Notes: generated from the sequence alone by a model not told the origin. DNA of 64,000 nt from Lama guanicoe (GCA_013239625.1 MU053559.1:1116001-1180000), one strand, 5' to 3'; numbered from the stretch's first letter, positions 39,706 to 54,800 are shown. Program-made: numbers and translations.

Positions 39706-41299
39706 TGTTAACGGATACAAAGACACCTAAATTAGGAAGCCCACCAAAGTGTGGATCCTTGCAACTGGCTGTGAAAGAATTCCCAGCAGAGACAGAGGAA
39801 CAAAGTGAATGGCTGTTTTATTGCTCAGAAGAGGAAAGAGAAAGTGCTTGAGCAGGGAAAAGGAAAGGAACGTGCTCAAGCGGAGATCCATGGGTCAAGA
39901 CAGCTCTGGCCTGGGTTTAGGCCACATGGACTTTTATGGGAGGTTTCTGCCATCGTGTCCTCCTTCCGGGTGTGCTGGAGCCAGTCGCCTTTATTCCCAT
40001 CCTTGTATGGGCTTTTCCAGTTGTTGTCATGGCAATCATCAACTGCCACAGCGCTGGTGGATATGTCACTTAGCATACTAATACATTACAATGAGCATAT
40101 AATGAGGCTCAAGGTCCACTGGGAGACAAATCCTCTGCCACCTTGGGCTCAGTTGGTTCTAACCAGTTCTTATTTCTTCTCTGCTGCTGCTTCCTGAGAC
40201 ATAGATAAGAGTGATTGGTTTCTATTTGAGGGAGAGACAGGGGTATAATCCTGAGGGCGACAGCCTTGGTAACAAAAAGGAAACTTGCTTTTAATCAGAA
40301 TGCTGGCAATCTGGTAGACCCAGTGTTCCCCCCAAAAAGCCATCTCCAAAGATTCTGCTCAGCCATAAACAAGAGGCAGGGATTGTGGGGGATGCTTAGT
40401 TCCTGCGGAAGAACTTAAAGATATTGTTATGTATATTCTTTGAGGAAGAGCCAGCACTGTTTTATCACTGAACTACAGTTTAAGCTATCATTATTTTTCT
40501 TGCTTAACTGCTTTTCCTTTGTTTCTGCACTCTCCCACTTCCTTAATTAGTAACTACTCTTTGGGACTCAAGGAAGGTGTAGGAGATTAAAGTCTTTTTC
40601 CACAAACAAGAAACAGGGCATATGGAGGGGGCTTTTCTACCCTGGAAGGCTCTGCAGGGTCCTGCTCAGTTTCAGGAACACTCCACTCCTTTTGCTCTAT
40701 TCATATTCATGTTGAGTCTGGGCACACATTCAGGAAGTCATACAAGCCAGCCCTTCATGCTTTTTTCTCCCTGTTTTAGAAAACCAATGTATTAATTGCC
40801 TGTTCCAATTCTTTATCAAACTAGTACTCTGAGTAGTGTCCATCTGACATTTATCTTTGAGTTGTTCTGCAGAAACTAAGACTCTCACCCAGGTGGAGGA
40901 TGGTGACTACATTCTCACCACAAGAAGACTACAGACTGCTTGGAACCAAAAGATTGATGATTAAGGTTCTTGAAACTTCACTCTGTTACCTCATCACCAA
41001 CCAATAAGAAGAAATTCCATGAGTTTCAACTCTCTCTCCAGATGTTGTCTTTGAAACCTCTTCCCTGAAAGCCATCAGGGAGTTCCAGTATTTTGAGCAT
41101 AAGCTGTGCATTCTCCTTGCTTCGTACCTGGCAATAACATCTGTACTTTCCTTCACCACAATCTGGTGTAAGTAGATTAGCTTTGCTGTGCGACAGACCC
41201 AAGTACAGTTTGGTAACATTCCTACTGGATAGATTTCTCTGTTTTTCTTGTGGATCTGTGGAAAGGGCATGGGGAAGGTGCTGGCTGATATTCTTTCTT

Positions 41300-42550
41300 C
41301 TCCACATCACCTCAACTTTTTTTTTCCCTCTCCTACTCGATGCAATGGTTGCAGAATCAGGGTTGCAACTACAAAGGCTGGAAGCAGGGGTGATTTCTAA
41401 GCAAGAAACTGTAACTCTGTTTTTAACTTTTGTATCAGAATTCCTAATGGCCCTGATGGAGCAGGATGTGCCTTCACCCCATCTGGCAAAATTGGGGCCA
41501 ACAGGGGAAGGCCGCTCTATTGCCTGGAGGTAAAGATAGCCCACTAGTTCTGCGCTTGTGTGACCTTATCTGAGTAGATGTGCACTGAGGGGGAGAGGGC
41601 TTGCTAGACTGGTATTGCTGCCTGCAACCTGGACCAGCACCGTGGCCAAATCTAATGTCCCTTCCAAAGGTAGAAAAGTTTGGGTATAAATGAAGAGAAG
41701 GAAAAATAGTAGCTGAGGGTAAAGGGATGGATAAATAAATGGGTTATGTAATGAGGAATATCCAGTATTATATTAACATCTCAAAAGAGGTTCAGAGCAA
41801 GAGGTGATATTGTCTCTTAGCTTAATTATACCAGATGCCTGAAAGGGTGAAGCCATATATTGCTGACACCACTCCTGCTTTTAGAATCTGACAAGATCAA
41901 ATTGGAGCTTGCAAACCTGAGCGGCCTCGCCCTGGAAGACATTTTCGTATGATCTGATGATGGACTGTATAGTTATTAATGCCTGAATGGGGTTCTAATA
42001 ATGTGCTAATATCTTTTGACTTTTATGATTCTTTTGCTGTAAGTGATCTGTGCTGAAGACCGGGGGGTAGACTGTGATATTGTGTGTTCTAATAAGAAAT
42101 AAATATTTGGTCTTCACCCCTGTTTCTGGCATAAAGCTCTTAAAACTCTTGGAATTTCCTAAATGATGAGACCAATAGAGTTGTCTTTTGTTATGTGAAT
42201 GAGGTGACTTTGGGACTGCACCTAAGGATGGGGGCTGGTTGCCAAGGGATTAGAAGGTTGGAAATTTCAGTTCTACCTCCTGACTTCTGGGAGGGGAGAC
42301 GGGCTGTGGAGTAAATTCAATCACCGGGGGGCAATGATTTAATCAACCAAGCCAATGTGATGAGGCCTCCTTAAAAACCTAAAAGGGCAGAGTTCAGAGA
42401 GCTTCCAGGTTGGCGAAATGCGGAGGTGCTGGGAGAGTAGTGCACCCAGGAAGGACATGGGAGGTCTACACCCTTTTCCCATATACCTTACCCTATGCAT
42501 CCATCTGGCTGTTCCTGAGTTATATCTTGTTATAGTAAACCAGTGATAAA
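41300..42550 (+). mobile_element. MER21-like internal 3' end, PPT and LTR (LTR from ~42072)
   Basis: GGGGGTAGAC|TGTGATATTGTG..AATAAGAAATAAATATTTGGTCTT..CTTGGAATTTCC. A minus-strand copy of the same LTR lies at ~45190-45922. Confidence 0.7.
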
Positions 42551-43065
42551 CAAACAAACAAGTAAATAGATGAAATAAAGACATACTCAGACAAAGGAAA
42601 ACATAAAGAATTTGTTGCTAGCAGGTCTACCCTTAACAATTGGCTAAGGAAGTTCTTCAAAAAACAGGAAATGAGAAAAGAAAGACTCTTGGAGCATCAG
42701 GAAGCTTCTTCTCAAGGAAAAGAGCAGAAATATGGACACACACAATGGACTTTTCTTCATGAGTTTAATATATTGTATTTAATGATTGAAACAAAAGTGG
42801 GGAAGGGAAAGGACCTAAATGGAAGTGAAGTCTCTATAACTCACTAAAAGAGGTAAAATGTTAGTACAAGGACTTTTTTAAATAGAAGTTTTCTTATTAT
42901 TCAGGTACAGTAAGGCCAACAGATCAGAAGACAACTGGTACTGAAAAGAGAGTTTGCTATACTCATAGAAGCCAAGAGGAAGGGGAACGGTACACCATGG
43001 TGGGGAGCCACACAGGCAAGCATCAGGGTCAGTAAGGAGGCAGAGGGAGTAAGAGGAAAACATGG

Positions 43066-43503
43066 ATATTAGGGACTAAATGTTTGTGTCCCTCCAGAAT
43101 TCATATGTTGAAGCCCTAACTCCCAGTGTGTACTTGGAGAGGGGGCCCTCTAAGGAAGTAAATGAGGTTAAATGAGGTTATAAGAGTGGGGCCCTGATCT
43201 GATAGGAATGATGTCCTTATAAGAGACACCATAGACAACAATACCGTACTATAATCATGATTATAGAGACTAGATCTTAATTATTTCCACCACAAAAAAG
43301 AAGTGACAATTATGTGACATGAGGTGCTATCACTCCAATGGAAATCATATTACAATATATAAAAGTATCAAATCAACATGCACACCTTAAATTTACATGT
43401 TATATGTCAAATATATTTCAATAACAATAAATATTTAAAATAAAAAAACCCAAAACACTAATCAAAAAGTACGTATTTTCCATATTTTAAAAAAAGACAC
43501 CAG

Positions 43504-43552
<49 letters not shown>

Positions 43553-43836
43553 NNNNNNNNNNNNNNNNNNNTATCTTTATACAAAAAAAAAAAAACAACC
43601 CCACACACCAGCGCACTCATGTTCTCTCTCTCTCATGCATCTGTACAAAGAAGAGGTCGTGCGAGCATACAGAAAGAAGGCGCCACCTGCAGCCTAAGAG
43701 GAGGGCTCTCACCAGACACCAATCCTGCTGGCATCTTGATTTTGGACTTCTAGTCTCCGGAACCTTGAAAAGATAAATGTCTGTAAGCCTCCCAGTCAAT
43801 GATATTTTGTTATGACAGCTCTAGGAAGTTAATACA
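43066..43836 (+). mobile_element. MaLR (MLT1A/MST-like) LTR with L1 3'-end insert, (CT)n and assembly gap
   Basis: GGACTAAATGTTTGTGTCCCTCCAGAATTCATATGTTGAAGCCCTAAC start and ..TATTTTGTTATGACAGC..TAATACA end. Confidence 0.75.
43553..43571. other. Assembly gap (19 N) after (CT)n microsatellite
   Basis: N run directly after (CT)n at 43505-43550. Confidence 0.99.
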
Positions 43837-44379
43837 GTGAGCCAGAGGTTTATTGTGGCTTCCACAGAAAGAAATAGGTAAAGCTGGGTAAACACATTCC
43901 ACATTGGCTAGTTTGAAGTGAGCTCTGGGAATGTAGGGGCTGTCCCTAGCTGTCTGGCCCTGGGGTGATTAGGGGAGGTGAATAGTGGCCTGGAGTGTGA
44001 CAGTCTGATGAAGGAGGTAGTTAGGGGTAGGAGCTGTGGATTGGTTGGTTAGCATTTGAAAGGTATGCTCAGGGGCATGTTGCTTATTATCTCCGGGAAT
44101 TGGCTAATCCTGGGAGAGGCAGTCCCTCTAGGCTGAGCAAGGCCCCAGATATCAAAAGAATCAGAAAACAGAAAATAAAAAGACATAGTTAACACACAGT
44201 AGACTGTGATAAATCCATTTGTGCATTTTAATACCCAGAGCAACCACTATGAAACTATACAAGGAAGGAGATACATTCAGAACTATTAAATAAATCATGA
44301 TGTAACTAAAAAATATTCAAGTAATCCACAGCAAGGCAACAGAAAAAGAAACAGAGGACCAAGAACCAAAGGAAACAAA

Positions 44380-47300
44380 CAGAAAACAAACAACAGAATG
44401 GAAGACTCACGTGCTAACATATCAATAATTACCTTACATGTAAAGGATCTAAATATACCATTTAAAGACAGAGATTTTTACAATGGCATAAAAACAACAC
44501 AACCCAACTATATCTATTACAAAATTATTTTGTCAGCAAGATTGACAAAAAGAAAAAGAAAAAAGACACAAATCACCAATATAAGAAGTGAAATGGAGGG
44601 TATCACTACAGATCCTGAAGCTATTAAAAAGATACTAGGGGAATACTACAAAACACCTTACACTCATCAATTTGACAGCTTAAAAGAAATGTACCAAATG
44701 GTCGAAAACCGCAAACTACCCAGACTGAACTGAGATGAGGCAGATAATCTCAATAGCTTTACAACAATTAAATAACTTAGATTTGTAATTTACAAGTTCA
44801 AGAAAATGAAATGTCCAGATCCAGGCGGTTTCACTGAAGACTTAGACCAAACATTTAAAGAATTAACGCCAATTTTACACAATCTCTTACAGAAAATAGA
44901 AGAAAATATTTCTTACTGCTCTAAAAGAATAAAGTCTATTAAAAAAGATATTTCTTGACTCATTTCATGACACCAGAATTACCTGATCAAAAAACAAACA
45001 ACAAAAACAGAGCCAATTTTCTTTAAAAAAAATCAAACTGTAAACCAATTTCCCTCACAAACTTAGACACAAATATTCTCAGCAAAGTATTAGCAAACTA
45101 AATACAACAATGTATAAAAATAATTATACACCATGACCAAGTGGGATTTATTCTAGGTATGCAAGGCTGTTTAATATTTGAAAATCAATCAATTTTCAAC
45201 CAACACCAACAACCAATTCTCCAAGTCTCTGGACACCAACTGGGATCCAACAATTCCATTTAATTCTGACACTTAACCATCCAGAGTTAGTGCAGACCCC
45301 ACAGCTTAAGGGCTCCATCCCTCAAGAATGCCCTCCCTCCAGATGCCAGTCACAAGCCTAACCTTTGGACTGATGGCTATGAATAGAGAGTCCCCATGAA
45401 CCCCTCCTTGAGGTCTTCTATAATGGCTCACAGAACTCAGGGAGACACTTTAGTTACATTTCTTGGTTTACTACAAAGGATACGACTCAGGAACAGCCAG
45501 ATGGAAGAGATTTATAGGGCAAGGTAAAGGGTGGGCAGGGAGCTTCCATACCCTCTCCAGGTCCACAGCACTCCTAGCATTTCAATGTATTCATCAACCT
45601 GGAAACTCTCTAAATCTCCTTGTTCAAGAGTTTTTATGGAGCTTAATCTCCAGCCCCCTCTCCCCTTCTTGGAGGTTGATAGGTGGGACTGAAAGTTCCA
45701 ACCCTTTAATCACTTGATTTTTCTGGTGACCAGCCCAATCCTGATGCTATATGTACAGGGGCTCACCCTAATCACCCTATTTGCATAAATAAACTCTGGT
45801 GTGAGGGAAAGGACTCACTATGAATAACAAAAGACATTCCTGTCACTCAGGAAATTCCAAGGGTTTTAGGAGTTCTGTGCCAGGAACCAGGCACAAAGAC
45901 CAAATATATTTCTTATTATACAATACAGTTTAAAGAAGAAAAATCAATCATATTAATTGATGCACAGAAAGTATTTGATAAAATCTAACACCCACTCTTG
46001 ATTAAAAAAAAACCTCTCAGCTAATTAGGAATAGAGAATTACCTCAACTAGGTAAAGAGCATTTACATAAAAACTAACAGCTATCATATTATTGATGAAA
46101 GACTGAATTGTTTCCCCCTAAATTAGGGAACAGGGCAAGAATACCTCATCTCACCATTCTTATTCAACATAGTACTAGAAGTTCTAATCACCACAATAAC
46201 ACAGGGAAAAGAATTCACGCATACGGATTGTAAGGGAGAAATAAAACTGCCCCTATTTGCAAGTGACATGATTGCCTACGTAAAATATCTCAATAAATCT
46301 ACCCCCAAAATGTTCTAGAATTAATCAGGGAGTTAGCAAGGTCACTAGATACAATATCAGCATGCAAAAAACAATCACATTTCTATATACTCCCCATAAC
46401 CACACTGAAACTGAAATCTTAAACACAATACAATTTATAGGCAGTCATAAGAAAATGAAATACCTGGGTATACACTTGACAAAACATGTAAAAGATCCAC
46501 GTGATAGGAATTACAAAATGCTGATAAAAGACAAGTAGAGAGGCATGCTGTGTTCAGGAATTAGAAGGTTCGGGGGGGAGGGTAGAGCTCAGTGGTAGAG
46601 TGTATGCTTGGCATGCAAAGTCCTCGGTTCAATCCCCAGTACTTACACTTTAAAAAAAAAAATCAAAAAATAAATAAACCTAATTACCCCCCCACCACCA
46701 AAAAAAATTTTTTAAGTTTTTAATACCAAATGGCTCTTTTTAAAAAAAAGAGAGAGAGAAATTAGAAGGTTCAACACAGTAAAGATGCCGAGTTTCCCCA
46801 GATCAATATATAGGTTTGTCGACTGAAATAAATGCACAACCTAAAAGTTGAGAGTAATGTTTTATTCGGTGGACATTTCTGAGGACTCAGCCTGGGATGA
46901 CAGCCTCTCAGATCGCTCTGAGGAACTGCTCCAGAGAGGTAGGGGAGGAGCAGGGATATGTAGGAGCTTTACAACAAAGACCAGGTAGTTGGAACGTTAA
47001 AAGATTACTTGTTAACTAAAGAAAACCAAAACCAGGCATCTCAAGTTAAAGAATTTAGTGCTTTTCTTTGTATGGGAGGGAGCAAACTTTTGGGCTCATT
47101 GAATCCATCTTTTTGACAAGCACCTGGCTATCTAGGGCCAGTATCCTGTCCTTTCTTATTCTGAGTCCCCTCAGGGTGCACCATGGTGAGTGGCTGCAGG
47201 GCCCGGGCTGCAGGCTTGTCTTCCCTGGGGGGTGGCGGCAGCCGCTGATGACTTGATGGCTTCAGCGTTCTTTGTTTACTGATATGGTTTGCCGTATTTT

Positions 47301-47749
47301 TTTTGTTGTTGTTCACAGGTTTAATGCAATTCCTATCAAAATCCCAACAAAGTTTTTTGCAGACATAGACAATAATTTTCTGAAAATTATATGGAAAGGC
47401 AAAGGAACTCGAATAGCTAAAACAATTTTGAGAAAGAAGAAAGTAAAATATTAATGCTTACTATTTAGCCTCATTAATCAAGGCAGTGTGGTATTGGTGG
47501 AAGCACAGACACAGAAATCAATGGAACAGAACAGAGAACCCAGAAAAAGCCCCACACAAGTATGGCCAATTTATTTTTGACAAAGTTGCAAAGCAATTAA
47601 ATGGAGAAGGATAGCCTTTTCAACAAATGGTGCTGGACCAACATCAGTAGGCCAAAAAAAGAAGCTTCAAATGTTACACATGATCTTACACAAAAAAATG
47701 TAAAATTGCAGAACTTTTAGAAAAGATCATAAGAGAAAATCTTTAGGAT
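44380..47749 (+). mobile_element. L1 ORF2 fragments interrupted by MER21 LTR, vic-1 SINE (~46572-46710) and a solo LTR
   Basis: Peptides such as TQITNIRSE..GITTDP..IKKI..EYYK..Y..FD.L.EM and FNAIPIKIP.KFF. Confidence 0.85.
46817..47317 (-). mobile_element. ERV1-type solo LTR
   Basis: TG..CA ends and a perfect GGTT TSD (46813-46816, 47318-47321) splitting L1 text. Confidence 0.9.
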
Positions 47750-48213
47750 TGCAGACCAAAAAAATGTTGCCTGCCATTTCAGTGAACAAAAAAAGTTGCT
47801 TGTCATTCTGGTACACAATGAATATTGCCTGCCATCAAGCCATCAGCCACTGAGGCCACCCCAACAGTGCACCCTGAAGGGAATTCAGGCTGGAGAAAAA
47901 CAAGATATGGGTCCTATATCATTAAGATGCATATCAAAGGAATAATTTCAATGATCCCAGACTCTTGCATCTTCCCGTAGTTAGAAGAGCACAATCAACT
48001 GGAGATGTCTGTTTTTTTGTGATTAGTAGTAATCTTTTTGACGTTCAGTCACCTGGGGCTTTTTTTTTTTTAAGCAAAAACGTCTATGGTGGGGTGGGTA
48101 TTGCTCAGTGGTAGAGTGCATGCTTAGCATGTGCGAGGTCCTGGGTTCAATCCCCAGTGTCTCCATTAAAAAAAAAAAAAAAAAGAAAAACTCCTATGTA
48201 TCCTGGCTCCATC

Positions 48214-48832
48214 TGTTGCCAAAAGATTGGCCCCTGTCCCTGACGAGCCGAATAATCCAAAGACTAGGTCTTGGAGCTTAGAAGAAAAGAGGCAGCTTTA
48301 TTACTTTGCCAGGCAAAGGGGACTCCCAGCAGGCTAGTGCCTTCTAAACTGTGAACCCGTCTTAGGGTTGGGGCTTAGTGATTATATAGTGAACAAATTG
48401 GAGAGTAAAAGGGGATATCAATCAACAAGAGTCTCTGGTGAAGCTTCCTCCTAAATCTTGGCGAGTCTGTCTGGCATCATGGGACCATCTGGTGGTCTGG
48501 AGGGTCATCAGCCCGCGACCTTCTTTATCTGATCAGACTCATTAGGTGCCAGGAGGGACTTCAGAGGGTCTGGTCATTCTCCTGAGGTTGTAGTCTGGTG
48601 ACTCCCTTCCTGGGGGAATGACTCAGAATCCAAACATGGTTGTAAATTTCAATTGCCAGAGTAAGGTGAAACAAACAGGGAAATTAATCACTCTATAACT
48701 CTAATTGTAACAATGGGGCTGGGGCTGGGGGCAGTGTCCAGTCAAATTTGCGAACCGTTTTAAAAGCAAATGGCAAGTATAAGGCCAGGAATTAGTTAGC
48801 CTAAGCGTGGCCATTTTATTATTTCTCTTTCA
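48214..48832 (-). mobile_element. Solo LTR nested in the 5' LTR of provirus A (vic-1 SINE at ~48090-48185 also nested)
   Basis: TG..CA ends flanked by CATC/CTTC. The 3' LTR is uninterrupted at the same site (CCTGGCTCCTCCCTTACCTC). Confidence 0.8.
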
Positions 48833-51417
48833 CTTCCTTACCTCTTGGGAACAGTTCCTCAGAGTTTTCTCAGAGGCTGTCTCCTGAGCTATCGTCCTCA
48901 GTAAGGTCTTCGAATAAAACATAACTTGCAACTTTTAGGTTGTGCATTTTTTTCAGTCAACAGTTTTGGACCATGAAGGGACCCAGAGCAGACTTCTCTC
49001 CTTCACCTCTACAAAGATTCGGGGTCTTGGTACCAGCAGAGGACTCGTATGCCTGTCTGCCTCCTTAGAGATTTCAGAAAAATTTAGGTGAATCTCTCCT
49101 GGGTCTTGGATTTCCCATTGTTGGCTGATGATTCTAAGTTTTATTCAGTGGTGTTAAACTCCTTGCTGGAGGAGTAGGTTTTCCTTGAAACTTAAGAGGT
49201 AACTGGGTTCTCCTCAGTTGAAAGATACTGGGGAGATTTTGCTCAGTTGAAAGACACTGAATGGGTTATCCTTAGTTAAGAGACCCTGAGAAGATTTTAT
49301 TTTGTATATACAGAATTTATACTTACAAGTACTTGCTTAATTGGGAATTAAAGGAAATTGAACCCTAAAAATGGCCAAATTGGGGTTCTTTTGGCATTCT
49401 AAAATTAATTTTTTTGTATGCACATCTAGTAAAAGCCAGCTTGATAAAATGCCTTTTCAGCTGTCTGACCTTAAAGGAACAAAAACCCTTCTAGGGAGAA
49501 CTTGCATTTCTCTCCCTGTGTCTTTGAGATGTGAATGTTCTACCAATCTTCTTAAGTGTTTTTTAATTTCTGTGTTTTGAGAGCTTGGTCTCTGCCATCT
49601 GGAAGGTATTTATATAGTGTACATTTGGCAGCCAGTTGAATAGACTGGGATTCCAAGCAGTCTTTTTGTCTGGCTGTACTAACTCACATGGAAATTTGTC
49701 ATAAGTGGTCCCAGCCCATAAAGAGCCTTTATCATCTTAACCTTCATTGCATCCACCTGTACAGTGAAGGCCCTTTGCTTTCTTAAACTATTTGGGGGAG
49801 TAAACTTTTTAGATCTTGTGAAGGCTCCATCCTTTGCACTCTCTTATGAGGGTACGTCTTGCGTCTTATTGGTTTGAATTGCTATATAGTAAGATACTAC
49901 TCATCAGTGGCCAGACAATGGATCCTTTAAATTGGAGAAACTTCTAAATTGGTAATTTTTTAGAGAGTTCTCATTATAAACAACTGTTTTATTGGTACCC
50001 ATGAAAAAACAAATTAGAAGATATATATATGGCTATCCTAACAACTCCCTTAGTTTAAAACAAACAAACCAAAAAATGGTTTGGAAAGCCTTATTTGTGG
50101 TCTCAGCTTCCCCTCAATGGGTCTTACAGATGCTAATAGCACATTAGATTAATCTGAGGTGGGGGTATAGCATAGTGGTAGAGCACACGCTTAGCACGCA
50201 CACAGTCCTGGGTTCAATTCCCAGTACCTCCATTAACAACAAGAATAAATTAGATTAATTGTTAATTAGGTTGATTAACAAGGGAATAAGAAGAAGCTGA
50301 TGGAAAGTCTAGAGCCCTCTTCCCAACAAGGTGACAATTTTAAAGGGACTCATACCAAAAGAAGAAAGAGATCTTTAGATTGTCATTAAGAAATGGGATA
50401 AATAAAATGAACATTAATGGGATTAAAATAAAAGTTTGATACGACACTATCTAAGGTTGGATGGGCCAAAAAGTAAGTGTTTACAAACTGAATTATCTCT
50501 ACATAAAAAGGAAACTGGCCAGAATAAATTTAAGGTTCACATGATCTAGGAAATATTCAATATTAACTTGTATTAAAGCTAGTTTAGACTTGTTGTATCT
50601 TGGGAGTCATCAACATTGAGAATGGTAACTTTACTGCACCTAGGATACTGAAGTTCATTCAGTAAGTTCATGTTCTTTCTTTCTTTCTTTTTTTTTCCTT
50701 AATGGAGGTACTAGGAACTGAACCCAGGACCCTGTGCACGTTAAGCACAGTGCTCCACCGCTGAGCAGTACTCTCCTTCCCAAGTCCATGTTATTTCTGG
50801 TTGCAAAGTTTATCATAAGTTATAAAATAAGAGCGAATGAAATAAGAGTTTTCAGGTGAATTCTTTAGGAATAATTATGTTTTGGGTATATCTATCTAAA
50901 ATAGTTTCTCTCGATTTTTGGTAACTTGAAACTTTAGAGTTTTGCTAAGTTAAGTTAAATGATGAAATTTATTAAATATCCAGATCATTTAAAATAAGAT
51001 GAAGTACTGGAACATTGACTGCTAAACAGGTCTAAGTTTACCTACTTTTGTCTCCTCACAAGAGAGAAACTAAAGATGTTTGGGTTTATTAGACACATCT
51101 CTTGTACTATATTAAAAAAAAAAAGAAATTAGGCTAAAAAAAGATGTGTGTTTTTAGAGGATGTGGAATGTTCCTAAATTTGCTAATTAGGAAATGCTGG
51201 TATGACAAACAGTTCACAATTACTTTCTTCTTAGTTTTCACTGGAGATTAAAGTTTTTAAGGATTAAAATTGTAATATATGTAATTAAAGCTACCGGGAT
51301 AATAAGGGAAACATTTCAGTATGCAAGGAAAGTAGGATGTGTATTTTCAGGAAAAAAAAAAAAGCATAAGGAAAGGAAATGCATTTTGTTAAGGAGAAGA
51401 AAGCAATTTTGTCCTAG

Positions 51418-51803
51418 TGTGAAGGAAAAGCCGGGCTGGGCTAACTCGTGAATCTAAGTTAATAAGTGTCGGTTTGCTGATTCCCTGCTCATGGTTTTTT
51501 TTTTGGTTTTTTTTTTTTGCTAGCCAGCTGGATTTTCAGAGAGACATATCTGGCCTTGAAATGTTGGTTTGCTGCCTCCCTGCCTCTACTTTTGTGATAA
51601 TGATGCTGCTAAAGCTGTTCCATGCCTATTGGCCGAATACCCCAAGCTTGTAATTAACCCCATAAAACCCCATGCGCACGTCTTGGAGGTGCTCAGAGCT
51701 TCGGAGCAGAAGCCCCTCTGAGCCCGCCGGCGGCGTAATAAATCTGAGTACTCCAACCCTCCGTGTGGTGCTTGTTTCTTGCTGGCCTGTCATTTCTGTA
51801 ACA
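51418..51803 (+). mobile_element. Young solo LTR nested in provirus A
   Basis: TGT..ACA ends, perfect CTAG TSD, CCAAT (ATTGG), CATAAAA and AATAAA, many CpGs retained. Confidence 0.9.
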
Positions 51804-54800
51804 CTAGAGTGGGTTATTTCTAAATGGGAAGGAAAATGAGAGATAAACTAATATAGATACGAGAAGTTGTGGAAGGTTTGTGGAAAGGGAGCCCGAAGAG
51901 AAGGATTTTGTGCGTGTTCAGACTGGGACTGGCCTGAAGTCAACTAGGTAAACGAATTTTGTTATTTAGGGCGAGCTGCTGCAGGACTCAAGTTTGCTTT
52001 TCTCTCTGTTAAGAGAACAAAGTTTTCTTGGAATGTTGAACTACTTTTAATAAAAGATTGTGAGATTCTTTTCCTTCTAAATGATCTGTATTTGTCTTAA
52101 AAATCTTTTATTGTTACTTCATTCAGTTGAATGAATAAGTATTATTTCACAATGACCTATGATCCTATTAGACCAAGTGTTTTTAAAACCTTTTTTAAAA
52201 TAGACTTTATTCTTTTAGAGCAGTTTCAGGTTCGCAGCAGAATTGAGCAGAAAATACAGAGAGTTTGCACATAGCCCTCCCCACCCACACATATATACTC
52301 CCCTCCCCTCAGCATCCCTCATCAGTGTGGCATATTTGGTACAATCAATGAACCAACATGGGCACATTATTATCAACCAAAGTCCCTGGTTTACATTAGG
52401 GTTCACTCTTGATGTTGTACATTCTATGGGTTTTGACAAATGCAGAATGACATGTAGCCACCACTACAGTATTGTATGGAATAATTTCATTGCCCTAAAA
52501 AATCCCCTGTGCTCCACCTACTCATTCTTAAAAACCTTTTGATATCTTTGACAAACTTCCCCAAGTCAAATTCTAAATAAAGCTTTTTGACCTCTAGCTA
52601 ACTCTGAGATGCTTCAAAGGGCCACTGAAACATCCTGAAGAAAAATATTAAATTAATTAGGTTTATTTGGTATGTTAAACTATATGGGAAATGTCAAATA
52701 AGTAGTGATAAAATCTTCTTAGGCTATATTGTATGGATAAATGCCATTAATATAGATATTCCCAAATGTATATGGAATTGCTAAAAATCTGATATAATGC
52801 TAGAATGTTCTAGCTATTATCCTAAAATGTTGTATGTCACATAAATAACTAAGTTTCTTGTCAACTGAATTGTAATCAGATCTTAAACCATGCCATTGTA
52901 AGTCTTTTTTCATTTATAGACAGTCATTGTTTTACTTTGATCCTTTTATACGATGAAAATCTTCAAAAAGATTCATAAAGGGCCGGGAGTGGGAAGAGAT
53001 AGACTGGGATTTCAAAATTGTAGAATAGATAAACAAGATTATACTGTATAGCACAGGGAAATATATAAAGATCTTATGACCATAAGATCACAGGGAAAAA
53101 AAATGTGACAATGAATATATATATGTTCATGTATAACTGAAAAATTGTGCTCTACACTGGAATTTGGCACAACATTGTAAAATGACTATAACTCAGTAAA
53201 AAATATTAAAAAAAAATTCATAAAAAGAACTATTTAACAAATGTTAAGTTTCTGATGACTTTTAGATCATACTACTGAACTGATTAAGAAATTATAAAAC
53301 TCTATGAAAACTTGATGATTTCATTGAGAGCAACAGGAATTAATTACATGGGACTGAATAAACTAATAAATATGATTTACAGTTTTATGACTTTTTCTGA
53401 AATATACTAGTTTTTAGTCTTGGTTTTCCAGAAAACCTTTCCTCTTACAATATGACCTACAACAAGTTGATAATGTTTACCCTTATAAACGAAGGTGAAG
53501 TGTTTATCTTTTTCTGTTTACCTGATCCCTCCAGAATTTGGCTTCTCCAGCTGGCTCCCAGATTACAACTAATTATACTATCATGATTTTAATTTGTTCT
53601 CTCTTGTTGTTTTCAAATTATTTATGCCTTATGCCTCTCTCTGCTGTACTATTACTTTATGAATATTACTAGCTGTATCCTGTCTATTTTATAAGATCGT
53701 TGTCTCTCGCATTAACCAATGTGTAACCAGGCCTCCAACAAAATTAATGATGGCTAAACATCTTCAGGCAATTGATCATATATATGTAACTCTATATAGA
53801 AAAATTTTAATAGTGCAACTCTAGATATGGGAAGAAGCAACAAGGAAAACATTTCCTGGATCATAATTGACTAGTAAGACAGAGGATCCAGAAAATTTTA
53901 GGTTATCAACAGGACCAAAACATAGCACATGGAGTGGCCTGTCAATGAAATCCTCATCTGACACAGGAATGAGAATTCATACCGCCATGAGACAAATTGG
54001 TCATGAAATGCCTCGCAAACCTTGGTTGTATTTATGACCAAGAAGAGACACTGCGGACAAAAAATGTTGTCTGCCATTTCAGCAAACAAAGAATGTTGGC
54101 GGCCATTCTGGGAAACAGGTAATATTGCCCACCATCAAGCCATCAGCCACAGCAGCCACCCCCCATCATGACAGCGTTCCCTGAGGCGATTCAGGCTGGA
54201 GAATAATAGGATAATGGTGCTAGATAGTTAATACCCATATCAAAGGAATAATTTCAGTGAGCCCAGACTCTTGCTTCATCCCATATATAGAAAAGCATTA
54301 AAATCATTAACTTGAGACCGCTGGGTTTTTTTGGGGGGAGGGGTGTGTGTGTGTGTGTGTGTGTTGATTAGCAGTAATATTTGAAGTTCAACCACATGGT
54401 TGGTTGGTTGGTTGGTTGGTTGGTTTTTTCAGCAAAAAACTATATACCCTGGCTCCTCCCTTACCTCTTTGGAAAGTCCCTCAGGGCTACCTGAGTGCCT
54501 GAGTGCCTGTATCTTGGGCTATAGTCCTTAGTAAGTCTGCCAAATAAAACATAATTCTCAACTTTTAGGTTGTGTTTTTTTGTTTGTTTTTTGTTTTGTT
54601 TTGTTTTGTTTTGTTTTGTTTCTGTCAACACTACTAACAGTGTTGAGCCTGATTAGGTTATCTGTAATAAAGTACATTTTTCCCATGACATTTTTCCTAT
54701 TAATGTTTTATTCTTTCCATAGATTTTTTTTTTAAACCTTTCATTGAAGCTTTTATCAGAAAAATGCACAAATCCTAAGTGAACAGTTGACTGGATTGTT

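Larger units (their letters stand above)
47750..54630 (+). mobile_element. Non-coding ERV1 (MER4-group-like) provirus A; LTRs 47750-48962 and 54052-54630
   Basis: Both LTRs start TGC.GAC.AAAAAATGTTG.CTGCCATTTCAG and end AATAAAACATAA..CAACTTTTAGGTTGTG..GTCAACA. A purine tract precedes the 3' LTR. The internal region is AT-rich with no gag/pol ORF. Confidence 0.85.

Noticed and set aside
41026..41544. 172-aa ORF (minus) and overlapping 116-aa ORF (plus)
   Set aside because: They span an LTR/internal junction of decayed ERV sequence with no coherent domain.
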